DNA of 63,971 nucleotides, filler included, from Calcarisporiella thermophila CBS 279.70 (GCF_041956535.1; 6 parts of 6 records of this genome joined end to end with filler, not necessarily neighbours in it), one strand, 5' to 3'; positions 23,300-37,109 are shown, numbered from the whole stretch's first letter. The notes: generated from the letters alone by a model not told the origin. Numbers and translations: made by a program.

Positions 23300-23770
23300 A
23301 AACAAGCCCAAACCTCTCCGCCCTGTGTGGAATTAGTCTCTACTAACCATTTTCGAATCCTTATCCCTCTTTCTACCTATCGCCCTATCGCCTTAGTAAT
23401 CCATTATATGGACCCAGTAGTAGAAACATTCCTGAAACACGTCCCCCCATCACCACTGATAGCACCCACCTGTCCTTTCCTTCAGCAAAACTCAAGTAGC
23501 GCCCATCTACCAACCCCAAACTCGCTCGCGAACCCAATTCAACCTCCCGCTTCCTTGACTTCCGATTCCTGCCATATTAACAGGCCTCAACTCATCGAAT
23601 TATTGTGCAGTTTGATGTCAAACTCCGCATCCAAACTCCCATATATAAAATTACTCTTTATTCTTTCCCTTTCTGCTCAAATACAGAGATTGTCCCTCTT
23701 CTACACAGCCCCCCCCCCTCCGTAACATATACATCATCCTCAATAAACTGCGCTAAGCTCTAACCTAACT
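23300..23770 (+). mobile_element. Possible further decayed LINE 3' region
   Basis: TCPFLQQNSSSAHL resembles a decayed CxxC...H knuckle. C-rich strand with AATAAA at ~23742. Confidence 0.25.
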
Positions 23771-25511
23771 TATTTCCCTATCTTTTTTGCCTAAATTTGA
23801 CTATGCTATGTTCACTGATGCATTTTTTGCACACCATTGACATTCCACGGTTACTCACCAGGGATAATGTTTGATGGTTCCGGAACCGTTCATCTTCGTG
23901 TTTTGTAATAATATTCCATCATTGTGTTCCTGAAGAGACCGTATATATTGGTATTTGACCAAACCATTTTCATCTGTTGCTGCAAAATTCAATTGAAGTG
24001 TTTTTTTTTGGATAATCTGCCTCTTTCAATGATGCTCCATTTCAAGGAGAAGCTTTCTTTTTTTTTTACCTTTGCCGATAGTAAGTTTCTATTCTATATT
24101 AGCCTTACGATATTGGGAGAGCTATTGATTTTTTAAACGTTTTTGAGAGTGGTTTAACGCCTTATTTTTGCTAAAACACTGTCTTTAGCAGAAAAGTGAT
24201 GGATTTCTCGTGCTCGTTCTACTTGCAAGATATGAGTGGTCGGTCTGAACAAATTTTTTCTGTTGGATAGCCAATTAAACTTTGCACACTGACACATTTT
24301 TAGGAAAAATTGTAATGAAGATCAAGCAGTGTAGCAATATGTTGGTACAAATAAGCTTACATTGATAGTGGAAGATTATGCGTTCATATCTTTTTGGATA
24401 ATGGCTCAATGCCCATGAGCTTATATCTGTCGATGGATGACTATATCAAGTCTTATTTATAATTAAAACAAAAAATTATAAAAATAAAGTAATTGAATAA
24501 TAAAAATTTTACAGATGGCGGATGAATTTTCAACGAAATCGCAGAAGACATATATACGCTTAGTTAAAACTCAGCCTCTTATATCACAGAAATGTCCTTT
24601 TAATCCTTAAATTTAAATATGAAATATTATTGCCTCTATCTTATATTATATTAATATCAAGCATCATATACTTCAAGGGACGGAGGAATGATATGGAAGA
24701 TGGGAAAAACACTTTAATTTCTCAAACATCCATGCGGCCTGCTGTATATCAATAATGCAGTTAGGGTGTCAACCATTAGTTAATAACAGCAGATTTTACT
24801 ATTCAAACAAATTATCGTATCATCTGAACTAGATTGAGAAAACACAGTAATAATAATATAGCAAATTGGTGAGGTACTATAAGCAAAAACAAAGGAATTA
24901 CATGATCGAAGAAAATAATCAGACAATATAATTATCAGGAGATAAAAACTCCAAGTAAAAATGTTAAAATTAATAAAAAATATAAGATTAAATATTACTA
25001 ATGAACGAATCGGTTGAGGAACGTTTAGGTATAGCTTGAATTGTCCGTTCCGCTACAGATACGACGATTATTAATTTACATTTGACTTGGAATCGATCTG
25101 CACTCTTATATTCTTAACCAAGTTAACCCGTTCAATATACTGTAACATCGATCCTTCGTATGCAGGTATAATGGAATTGGATCAAGTGGATGATCAGAGA
25201 ACGGTGCCGTTATCAAACTGCTAAACAGCGAGAATGGTTGTGTAGGAATATCCAAGAGGGATAGTCCTTTTTTCAGTTACCTTTCACTTGGACTAATGCG
25301 TGTGTTGACGGGGAAACAAAAATTCCATATTTGGCTTTTTTCTCGATGGCGAAACACATTTGTTTGCAGCTTTAAGACGTATAAGGTATGCACAATGCCT
25401 TCTTTTCAATAGAAATCAACTAAACTCTACAATAGATTTTTTTTGGTTTCATAATTAATAACTTTTAGTGATTCAAAATTATAATATTCTGTGATATAGG
25501 TACAGGCTTCT

Positions 25512-28500
25512 TTAAAATTCTTTCTTGTCACCATAGCTGTAAGACTCGTCGAGTTTCTGCGCCAGAATTCGGCCGATCTCTGCAAGTGGTTCTGGCTTGA
25601 TCATATCTTCGTGCCCGCAATGGATATCGTACGTCTCAATTTTTCCAAGAACGTATGGCTTCCATTCGTTGGGAGTTATCAACCGTTCATCAATATCCTC
25701 AGTTTGCACTGTCGCCCGGAATATCAAAAGGTCGCCATTGAAAACAAGAGGAGCCTGGGATTGAGCGAGTCGTCCATTATTTTCGACGATCTTGGGCGTT
25801 CTTTCGAAAAACGGCTTTGCAAGGTCGGGAATGATGTCTCCATGGTTGCCTCGAAGGATTTTGGTCGGGTTGAACTCCTCCTGGTCTTTGCCTGCTGGGC
25901 CATACATATGAGTGTGATAGTCTGCTGGTGTATCCATCAATGCAACTAATGCGACTCTCTCGCCCTGCTTCTCCAGATGTGCGGCCATGGTATGCGCAAC
26001 GAGGCCACCGAATGAATACCCAAGCAGGTGGTAAGGTCCATGAGGCTGGACGCGACGAATCTGGGCGATATAATCAAAAACCATTTCATCAAGTGTCGAT
26101 GCAATCGTCACGTCTTCAAAAAATCCACGCGCCTGCAGACCATAAAGAGGCTGATCCGGGGGCAGGTGCATCGATAGTCCGATGAAACACCAGCTAAGAC
26201 CCAACACAGGGTGAACACAGAACAGAGGTGCTCGAGAGCCCTGAGGCTTGATGGGGAGCAAAACGTGGAATGATTCTTCTTGCGTGGTTCCTGATTCCCC
26301 TAATCGTGGTGCCAGCTTGGCTATCGTGGGTGCTTCGAAGACTGTACGGAGAGATATCTCGAAGCCCAGTATATGGCGTATCCGACTGACCATTCTCATG
26401 GCCAACAAGGAGTGGCCACCGATCATGAAAAATTCATCGTGCCGCCCAACCCTGGCAATATTGAGAATGTCCGCCCAGATATTAGATATGGCGGATTCAA
26501 TGGTGCCCTGTGGCGGCTCATACGCTTGACGAACGAAAGCATTTTCACCTGGCATTGGCAAGGCACATCGGTCGAGTTTACCATTGGAGTTCAAAGGCAA
26601 TGCATCCATGCGTACAAACGCAGTCGGCACCATGTAGTCTGGCAGCCTTGTCGCCAGGTAAGAACGGAGAGCCTTGGCCACGTCATCTGCTTCTATATAA
26701 TAATACAAATAGGTTTAGTATGCCATTGATTCTAAATACAGATTATCTTCTTGCTCCACTTTGCATCAATCGCCGTCCATACCTTCTGTTGCAGGCTGCA
26801 AATTGGACTTGACTGTCACATACGCGACAAGACGCTTGTTGGCTTCCTCCCCTATTGCAACCACTACAGCCTCGGCCACCAAAGGATGTTCATGCAGACG
26901 CGCCTCAATCTCGCCAAGTTCAATTCGGAAACCACGGATCTTGACTTGCTGGTCGTTGCGGCCTAGATACACCAGGTTGCCATCCGGGAGATATCGAGCC
27001 AAATCCCCTGTCTTGTACATCCGTGCTTCAGCGTCGCCAGCAAATGGATCTGGAAGGAATCTCTCCGCTGTCAACTCTGGTCTGTTCAAATAGCCTCGTG
27101 CCACGCCAACGCCACCGATATACAGCTCTCCCACTGCTCCGAGTGGTACTGGATTGCCGTGAGAATCCAAAAGGTAGACACGCTTGTTGGCAATCGGTCG
27201 ACCAATCGGTACAATATCCCCACTAAAATCTGTCGAGTATTTCCAATCTAGTGCACCCACCGTCGTCTCGGTGGGACCGTAAGCATTGATGATCATGCTG
27301 TTGGGAGCAATGACTTTTAATGCTTGTGGAAGTGTAGATGGCATCGCCTCACCCATGACAATGACTGTCCGAAGTGTTTCCAGCGGAGGCATGTCCTTGC
27401 AGTCCTGGAGTAGTGATGGCGTAAGGCTGATGTAGGTGATCGAATGTCCAGTTATAAAATCCCATAACCTATATTTGTCCAGTCGAATGTCATCCTGCAG
27501 GAGATACAATCTCGCACCAGATTTCAAGGCCGAAAATATCTCGGACACGCTGTTATCAAAGCTCAAGGACGTAAACTGCATCAATCGGCTCACGGGGGTA
27601 ATATTGAAAGACGAGACTTCGTTGCAGACCATATTGACAGCACCTTGGTGCTCGATCATCACTCCTTTGGGCTTTCCTGTTGATCCAGATGTGTAGATGA
27701 CATAGGCAAGATGCCGCGAATTCAGCCGGACGAGCTGAGGATTGCTTACTAGGTTTTGCTCCAATGCATTTGGGCTCACTACAACCAGACGAGAGAGAGC
27801 TGCTTGCTCTAACACGTTTCTTCCGGTCTTGTCAGCCACCAAGATAGTCGGCGCAGCGCCATCTAGGATTTCCCTTAGGCGGTCGCTAGCGTAGCTTGGA
27901 TCAAGGGGCACATAGGCACCTCCAGCCTTCAGAATCGCCAACAATCCAATGATCATTTCTGGCGAACGCTCGACACAAATCGCCACAAGATCGTCAGGTT
28001 GGACACCGAGGTCAATGAGATGATGTGCTAGGCGATTGGCGCGCGTATTTAGTTCTGCATAGGTCAGAGACTGATCCTTGTACACAACAGCAATGGCCTC
28101 AGGCGTGCATGCGACCTGCTGCTCAAATAGGTGGTGGAGGCACAGGTCAGATGGATAGTCCTCCTGAGTTGTATTCCATGTCTGCAGAAGTAGCGTGTGC
28201 TCCTCTGTGGGCAGCACCTCAAGATCGGCTACTGATGAATTAGGAGTATATTCCAATGCACTGACTAGACTCTCAAGTGCCTGCTGCATGTAACCACAGA
28301 CACGGTCGGGTTGTATCGGTTGCAATGCCTCAACAGTCAGTCCAAGTGAATTACCGAAATCCTCTACCGACAGGTCCAACGGGTAGTTGGTGTGTTCCAG
28401 TGAATCCAAGAATTTCATGCGGGCGAGGGCTGAAGTGTCGCTGGATGGCATTACATTGTGCCTATAGTTCAGTAGCGAACTAAATAGTGGAGTTCCTGCA

Positions 28501-29289
28501 GGAACCCCACTGCATCGTTGGGCTAGTGCTAACGGCGCATGTTCGTGCTCCAGAAGAGCTGCCAGAAGTGTATGGGTCGCGCGAACACCGTCCTCAACGC
28601 TACGCTCATCGAGATCAACGCGGATTGGTAGCGTGTTGATAAAGAGTCCCATCGCCCTGTTCGAACTCGCGCCGGCCTGCATGCGCCCAAATAGCACCGT
28701 GCCAAATACAACGCGTTGCTGCCCACTCGTGCGCGCAATCACTAGAGCCCAGGCAAGATGGCACAGACTGGCCAAGCTGATGCCTAATTTCTTTGCTTGT
28801 GACCGAAGCAGCTTGTTCAGTTCTTGAGGTAGCATGCGACGTGCCTCTGTGACCTCAGCTCCATCACCATGGACATTCGTTAGTCCATAAGGCAGTGTAG
28901 GACTTTCGATGTCAGCCAACATCTCCTTGAAAAAGCGCTCGTGCTCGTCTTGACTGACCCCCAAGCGCGCCTGTGCGATGAGATTTCGGTATGGAAGTGG
29001 TGGTGGCAGTGTATTGCCGTGTCCTTCAAGAAACGCCTGAATCTCAATATTAAATGTTTCCATTGTCGAATGATCGCCAATTAGATGATGTTGCAACCGA
29101 ACGAGGATCCACCGACCATCACTCTCTTGTGCAGTAATAAAGCGAATCAGTGGTGCCTGTCTCAAGTCAATGCGATGATGCAAAGGATTGAACATCTGCA
29201 TCAGCTGCTGAGAAATTGGTCCGTTGGCGGAATCCAATTCAAGTTCGATGATCGACAGTTGCGCTGTACGCCATACGACCTGTGCTGGA
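25512..29289 (-). CDS. Non-ribosomal peptide synthetase, terminal module C(dual E/C-type)-A-T-TE; 5' part missing at contig end; one intron 26782-26693
   Basis: C: HHLIGDH, VVFGTVLFGRMQAG, MGLFINTLPIR. A: YVIYTSGSTGKPKG, NAYGPTE, YKTGDLARY, QVKIRGFRIELGEIE. T: FFMIGGHSLLA. TE: GYSFGG, GHEDM. The phase-1 GTATGG...ATAG intron joins the two ORFs in frame. Confidence 0.95.
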
Positions 29290-29390
29290 NNNNNNNNNNN
29301 NNNNNNNNNNNNNNNNNNNNNNNNNNNNNNNNNTTAATTAATTAANNNNNNNNNNNNNNNNNNNNNNNNNNNNNNNNNNNNNNNNNNNNA

Positions 29391-29807
29391 CAAATTCGGT
29401 TGCGATTGGGAGGATTGGGAGTATTGGGAGGATTGGGAGGGTGGGGAGCGTGCAATCCTTGTAGCGGATATGGCGGGTGGGGTTGGGGATACCCCTCCTG
29501 TCACAGGCCTTACTACGCTAACAATGCCTACCAATTAAATGCCGCTAATACAGACAACTGCTTCGATCACCGTGCCAACCTTGCCGCCAATGTGAGGGCA
29601 AATGAGCACACAAATGCGGCCAACAATGCAAACACCTACAACACCGCTGCTACTAACACGGTCGTGGCGAAGCGCCAATTCTTTCCGGGCGTAGTTGGCT
29701 TAGGGCAAGTAGGTTATGGATATGATAACTTGTTTGGCTCTGGGAGTGGATTTGTAGGCGCTTACAGTGAAGGAGCAGGAATTGTTGACCCATTTTGGCT
29801 CATTTGA
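29391..29807 (+). CDS. Gly/aromatic- and Asn/Ala-rich low-complexity protein, 5'-truncated, with internal KR site
   Basis: The frame is open from the contig edge: GGLG/GWGWGY segment, NAANNAN segment, VVAKR/QFFPG..., then an AT-rich 3' UTR. Confidence 0.7.
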   Translation, partial: QIRLRLGGLGVLGGLGGWGACNPCSGYGGWGWGYPSCHRPYYANNAYQLNAANTDNCFDHRANLAANVRANEHTNAANNANTYNTAATNTVVAKRQFFPGVVGLGQVGYGYDNLFGSGSGFVGAYSEGAGIVDPFWLI

Positions 29808-30125
29808 AAGCCTATTCTCCCAGATTTTCTTTCTTTTCTTTCACATATAATATAAAATAGTTCTACTAAAAGAACAGGTTTTCTATAGGTCCTTTTTTTT
29901 TACAATAGGTATGTCTCTCTTTTATTCATACATTTGATATTCAATAAAGTTTCAGTATCATAACTGAATTCTATTCGTCTCTCGTTCGACCAAATCGAAT
30001 TGATTTAATTTCCCTTTTTCGCGCATGCTCGCGCTTGTTCGTGATTTTCTCGCTCTTTGTTTAAGTATTTTATTTCCCTCCCTTTACAAAGATCATTTTG
30101 ACAACTATATGTAATACAGCATAAA

Positions 30126-33100
30126 ATGCCATTATTAAGGCGATCTTTTTCAAAGCACACCGTCTCGTCTCTACATAGCTCCTCAAGTTCTCAGGGCTCG
30201 GAGAGTTCCCAATCAAAAAAATCACAAAGCAGCTCATTTGTGGATTGCGAGGCAGAGGATGACAGTGGCATTGGATTGGCAGACGATGAAGTGTTAGCAG
30301 TCGATGACTCGGAAGAAGATTCGGATTATTCCGATGATAGCGATAGTGTTAAGTCTGCTAAGCGGCCTCGCCTTTCTACCAAGAAGGCAGTAGCATCCAA
30401 CAGGACAACAAGATCCGGGGTTGCATTGGGTCGATCTCCAACCATTCGCGCCTACAATACTCCTACATTGATCTCGAAAAAGAATGGCCAAGATTCAAGG
30501 GCAATCCTGACCAAGAAATTTGTCATCCCATTTCAGCGAAATGAGAAAGGAGAAATCACGCATCCGCGCGCGGCTTCCCTGGTATCTACCGTCACAAATC
30601 GAACATTGGGCGTGCGACGCATGCTTGGTTTCTCGACACGAGCGGTGCATGACCACACAGCAGAAGATGCTATTATTTTATACGATCCTACGCTTGATGA
30701 GGAAGTGATCAAGCAGCAGGAAGAAGAACAAGCTAGGAATGCAGCAGAGAATGCTTCCAAAGGAAATGTCAAATCTAGCCGTTCCCTGGCCGAAATATTA
30801 GGCCACAAAAAGCAGGAAATCACCCGAGTGCATGTTGTGGTGGATCCGGTACTGGGTAGAGTGCTGCGACCACATCAGATAGAAGGTGTCAAATTCATGT
30901 ATAACTGCGTTACTGGGAAAATAATTCAGAATAGTTTTGGGTAAGCCGAAAGAAGAGATCCTTTGAACACTTATTCAGTATTTTATTTATAATTTGCGTG
31001 CCATCTATAGTTGTATCATGGCGGATGAAATGGGGCTCGGGAAAACGGTATTTATATCCTCATGTTTACATGGTCTCCTCTTCCCACGTGTTGACCCTTA
31101 AACGATAGCTCCAATGTATAACGCTGCTTTGGTCACTTCTACGACAATCGCCTCATCCAACTAAACCTACCATAGAAAAGGCCATTATTACCTGCCCCTC
31201 AAGTCTGGTGAGAAACTGGGCAAACGAACTAGGTAAATATTAGAGATACTATGTTTCAATATGGCAAGCAGCCGTTCAAAAGCGTGCTAATATTAACATC
31301 CCTAAATAGTGAAATGGCTGGGCCCATCCCGTATTAGCCCCTTAGTTATTGACAAAAGTGGCAGTAAAGAAAATCTCATAAGCTCCTTGAAAGCCTTTGC
31401 ATCTGCTCATGGTCGGATGGTGGTGAATCCGGGTAATTATTTCGCACATTATTCAATGAACAATTTTTTTAACCACTACTATATCATAGTTCTGATTGTC
31501 TCTTACGAAACGCTTCGTGGACATATAAATTTACTACAGAATATACCTATTGGGCTCTTGCTCTGCGATGAAGGACATCGATTAAAAAATTCTGGTATTT
31601 TGACAGAAAATCTGCTGTTGGTTTTATCCTATGCGGAGGATAACCTTTTAAATTTTTTTTTCTTCACGCCACCGTAGACTCGCAAACATTCCAGGCATTG
31701 AATTCCATCCAAGTACAGCGGAGAGTAATTCTCTCGGGCACCCCCTTGCAGGTATACAAGGCTAGAAACGCGTAGATTCTTTTGCACCATTGCTAATTTC
31801 TTTGTCATGAATTTTTTCACAAGAATGATCTTACCGAATACTTTACTCTATTATCATTTGTTGCGGTAAGTCTGATTAATGCGAAGCTCCCTTTCCAACT
31901 GCGCCCACACCTTTACCTATTTCTTCAAATATATAGCCTGGTCTCCTTGGAACTAACTTTCGACGCGACTTTGAGCTGCCCATCCTTCGCGGTCGAGACG
32001 CACTCGCCACCGACAAGGAGCGGGAGCTAGGCGATCAAAAGTTGCGGGAGCTTTGGGAAACCGTCAGTAAGATTATTATCCGGCGCACCAATGATTTATT
32101 GACGAAATATCGTAAGTGCACTTGCGAATAGCCAACAGCAACTCTATCTCGTTTTCTGATTTTTTTTTTCGATGACCTAGTGCCTGTAAAATATGAGCAC
32201 GTTGTGTTCTGTAGATTGTCCGAGCTCCAATTGATGCTGTACAATTTTTTCATCACTTCACCCGAGATCAAGAAGCTGTTGCGTGGGACCGGCAGTCAGC
32301 CACTCAAGGCCATCACCATGTTGAAGAAGCTGTGTAATCACCCAGACTTGCTGAATCTTCCAGACGAGCTCGAGGGGTCCGAGGTGCTTCTCCCGGAGAA
32401 TTATGTTAAGGACAAGAGGCGCTACATGATTGCAGCTTATTCGGGCAAGATGCTTGTACTAGAAAGGTAGATTCACCCATGGATACTTTCATATGCCGCT
32501 CCCTTTGATTTTTTTTTGGTTAACCTAATACCCTACCCAAAGGATGCTTGAGAAAATCAACGAGGAAACCAATGACAAGGTTGTGCTGATCAGCAACTAT
32601 ACGCAGACACTCGACCTCTTTGAGAAGTTGTGCCGCCAGCGTAAATACGGCTGCCTTCGCCTCGATGGGTCCACGACCATTTCCAAGCGGCAGAAGCTCG
32701 TAGATCGGTTTAACGATCCAAACGGAACAGAGTTCATCTTCCTGCTGAGCAGCAAGGCGGCGGGCTGCGGGTTGAACTTGGTGGCTGCCAACCGGCTGGT
32801 GCTCTTTGACCCAGGTTTGTCTAGATTGAGCCCGGGTTCCACTGTGTTGACCTTCTGGTTTTACCAAGCATTTCTCCCCGCATAGACTGGAATCCTGGTT
32901 CGGATCAACAGGCGCTGGCTAGGGTGTGGCGTGACGGGCAAAAGAAAGACTGTAATTGAATACGCTCCCTCCTTTAGTCTTCCTCGGAACTCTAACTAAC
33001 GCTGTGGGGGGGGGGGGTGGCTGAACTTCCAATATAGGTTTTATCTACCGATTCATAGCCACAGGCACCATCGAGGAAAAAATCTTCCAGCGACAAAGTG

Positions 33101-33685
33101 TATGCTCGCCTTTATTTCCCTCTCCCTTTCTACAGGCCGGCAGACTCTAACTCTTTTTATTTTGGCCTCCTCATATTTTTCCGGTTGGATGATAGCATAA
33201 GCAGTCGCTGAGCACCTGTGTGGTGGACGAATCGGCCGACGTCGAACGCCACTTCTCTCAAGAGAACCTGCGCCAACTCTTCCAATTCAACGAGAATACA
33301 GAGTGCGAGACTCACGACACCTTCCGGTGCAAGAGATGTAAAGATGGGCGCCAAATTGTGCGCGCTGCAAATATGCAATATGGGGACGCTAGCACGTAAG
33401 TTGTATTTTCTGGACCGAATGGAACCTTTTCTCTCTTTTGCTTGCATTTGTTTTCGTGCTCTTTTTTTTGTCCTATGGCTCGCGAATGGCTTAACTTGAC
33501 CACTTTTCCAACTGGATTGACGGATTTATCTGATTATTTTTTTCCTGATTTCTCTTTTCAGGTGGAACCACCATGGCGACGCAGAGCTCCAGAAGCTGCC
33601 CGATGCTATTCTTCGAGCGGAGGCGGGCCAGCGAACGGTGTCTTATGTTTTTCAATACAAGTCTCATTGTCATCCACAGGAATAG
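30126..33685 (+). CDS. RAD54: SNF2-family DNA translocase Rad54, multi-exon
   Basis: [88 protein letters not shown] and C-terminal SYVFQYKSH. Confidence 0.94.
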
Positions 33686-34797
33686 AATTCGATACCATGC
33701 ATGATTCTTTGGGGGTTTGGATGGGGAACCATGGGCATAGTACTACTTTGCCTTTGCTGTCTGTCCCCCCTCCCCTCTTCTCACTCTATTTTTTTTTCCT
33801 TTTCCTCTCCTCCTCTTTCAACCTTGCCTTCATCCATGTGCATTTTACTCGATAGTTCCTTTTTGCGGCTCATTCCCTTCTATGGTCCACTTCGTGCGTT
33901 GATTTAGTCACGAAGTGGACCGGCGACATGATGTCATGGCCATTGGATGACCCTGCAGAAGGTTCAGCGTCAATAAAACAAACTTGAGGTTCACCTCCTA
34001 TTTCCGTTGGAGATAAGAAGATTCCGGATTTCAGAGGGGAGGGGGGAGAGGGGAGAGGGTGGGAAATTTCCTAAAACAAAAAGAAGAACAGAACAAAACG
34101 CCGCGGCTCCCTGCCAGGAGTCAGAAGTCTCGCGGATCATAACCGCGCTAAAGTTTCCATATGGCAGCAAACCCTCTTTTCATGAAGGGAAGCCACACGT
34201 TGAAAACACACTCGGGTCAGGGTGGACACGGTGATACTTGGGACCCAAAAAAAAGGCATCGATATTCATAGGTAATGCATGAAAAGTGTAATAAAATATC
34301 GGATAAAGAAAAGAGTAAAAAGTAACAAGTAAAAAAGTAAAAAAAAAAAGAAAAAAAAATGATAGCAAAAAAAACAATGTATACTGTAGTTTAATGGAAA
34401 GCAGATAAAGCGAGCCATTATGAGCAAATCAATGTTGAGGAGTGGTAAACGTAAAAGGGGGAAAAAAACCCTATCTGACTATATCAATGTCACTTTAGAG
34501 TAAATACTATACGAAAAAGTCGAAGTAATCATATCGAATGGGGGTGAAACAAATAGAAGAGAGGAACGAATAAATAAATAAATAGGAGAGGAGAAAAAGC
34601 GATCTCCAGAAACATACTCTCTGCTTACAGAACGAAAGAAAAAAATAAAAGCGCTACCTTTTTTTCCCCCTTCTTTTCGGCCAATGTCCATATTCGTAGT
34701 ATAATAATGAATTCCAACGATGTTTGGATAACTTTGTGTAAAGATAGAGCATCCTCACAAGACCACCGAGGCTTACCAGCCCGAGGGCAAGAGAAGC

Positions 34798-37109
34798 CTA
34801 GTTGCACCCCATCACTTCATAGGGATGCTGATACAGTATGGGATAGCATTCTTTTACCGAGGAGGGCGGGGCGGGTGTGACTCTATCAAATTCCAAGTCG
34901 AAATCCTCCTCGTCTCCAAAGGAGAGAGGCGAGACGGGAGAAGAGCACTCGGAGGACCTGCAGAGGGAGGGGCATATCGATTTTTCTTTTGCCTTTTCTT
35001 CTTCGCCTCTCCTCCCTCTCTCCTCCTCTTCCGCTTTTCTCCTCTCCTCCTCCTCCTTCTCCTCCTCCTCTTCCTCTTCCCCCTCTTCCTCTCGCAACTC
35101 CACCACCTCGCGGCCAATGATTGGCTCGCGGCAGAATGGGCAAACGTCTACCATTCCTGCACAACAACCGCACAATCCCTCGTGTCCACACGGGACCAAC
35201 TTCATCTCTTGAGCCCCATCGTAGCAAATCACACATTGCGGCAGTCGGAACGCCTGGGAATCGGAGGCGGTAAGATCCTCAGTTGCCAGCAACTGAAGCC
35301 GGAGGGAACGGTGCGCGGTGAGGTGGATTTTACGACGGAGGGATGCCGGGAGGATGGCAATGGAGTTGAGGTTACAATACGTATCGGGGTCGGGGGGATA
35401 TCTAACATGATGGGAATAATGCCGCCACCCCCCAAGGGGGTTGGCATATCGGTTTTAAGGGTCGAAAGAGTGACAAGGCGCGAGGGTGAAGACAAACGTA
35501 CCTGAAAGGCGTGGCCCCGAAGTTCACCAGCACATGCTGAAAGGTGGTCAACGACAGAGCAGGGTAGACCCCCCTTTCGGCGAATTCCTTCAACGTATCG
35601 GGGGGTAGAGTGACCCACCCGTCTTCAGCCTCATCCTGGAGCACCAGCCTCCGCCCATTAAGCCAAAACGACAAACCTTTCACAAAGTCCAGCCCCACGC
35701 CAAGAACATCTCCAGCCTTCCACTTCTCCGCCTCTAGCGGTATGCGGTCCCCTCCTATCCATACGCAGCATCTATATCCATCATACCCCACCCCATGGGC
35801 ATCGTCGCCAACGCCTTTTCCCTGTTCGGCGTTGAAGAGGCAGCGCCGAGTGGCCCATCCAATCTGCATCACTCCTTCGGTGAACACCTCCACCTCATAA
35901 TAGAAGCTTTTTGCTCCATTCTGCTCCACCTGAGGGCGGATCGAGAAAGTGGCGCGAACCGACTCAAAAGTGGGGCTATCATTTCGAAGCTCCAAGCCGG
36001 TGGAAGCCAGTTTGAAACGGTGGGTCGCGTCCAAAGAGTTCAGCATAACCCTTATCCCACTCTCCTCCGTGCTCATTCCCTCATTTTGTGGGAGCAAAAT
36101 GGAGACGCTCTCGGGATCCTGAGGAGTGAGGTGTCCATCAAATGCATTATTGAGGGCCCACTGCGCACAAAACCCAAGTTGCCGCAGAAGCGGGCTAGGG
36201 AAGGCGGAGGTGGGGGAGGGGGAGGAAGAAGAAGTAGAAGAAGAAGAAGAAAGGGCAGAGGCGATGATCCGGACGAGGGCCTGACGGAGGTCAGGCTTGT
36301 GCTTCAATATCTTGTCTTTGTTGCGCGCTGAGCAACCAAAAATCATGTACCCAATTTTTTCAAGAAGAACGCATACAAGATCACTTACTCGTCCCGGCTA
36401 GCTTCTCTAGAGCGATCAGCGCAAACAAGCGAGCTCTGCTGTCCTCGCCTTCCGTCACCAGGATCTCCACAAGTGCTCGCGTAACGTCGCTATTCTCAAG
36501 CAGCATCTCCTCGGGGTCGCAAGCAAGCTTTTCGGCCATCACGCCCCACACAAACGCGGCGCCCACTGTATATTTTTTTTTTCTCGCTCCCTGCACAAAG
36601 CGCAGGCAAAGTGTAAGCATAGAGTGCAACTAAAGCGAGGCGGGGGGGGGGGGGGCAGAGGGTGGAAGAAAAGAGATCCCTACCTTGTCGCAACTTTTTG
36701 AAGATGACTGAGTTGATTCGACGGTAGGTCTTCTTACTCGGCCAAGGCAATAGGCTGTTAACGTAGATAAAATAGGAGAATATCATGGGCCTGGCCTCGT
36801 TTTCGGTGACAAGCGAATCCATGACGGCCCCAATAAGCAGCATATAATACTCGTCTGAGGGGAAGGCATCATGATCATTAGCGTCCAAGGAACGCGAAAG
36901 GGTGGCAAAAGACAAGAGCAGCGAAAAGAAAGCAATAGCTCACCCTGTTTATGTACATGCTGGAGCATAAGCAGCTCGTAGATTAGCTGGGCGTCCCAAA
37001 CTTCGCCCTCGACCAGCTGTTTCCAGTGTTCGGACACTGAGAAGCGTGGGGGTTTCCACCCGCCTTGATACAGCAGATGAGTGTATAGTCTCTGGACACA
37101 TCGCAACAT
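34798..37109 (-). CDS. RING finger and SPRY domain protein (RSPRY1-like E3 ligase), multi-exon
   Basis: LFALIALEKLA and QLGFCAQWAL. SPRY: RNDSPTFESVRAT, YYEVEVFTEGVMQIGWAT, GVGDD. RING: CVICYD...PCGHEGLCGCCA...CPFCR. Confidence 0.85.

Noticed and set aside
26693-26782. NRPS split into two genes or inactivated by a stop
   Set aside because: A canonical GT-AG intron with a branch-like TACTAA removes the stop and restores the frame.
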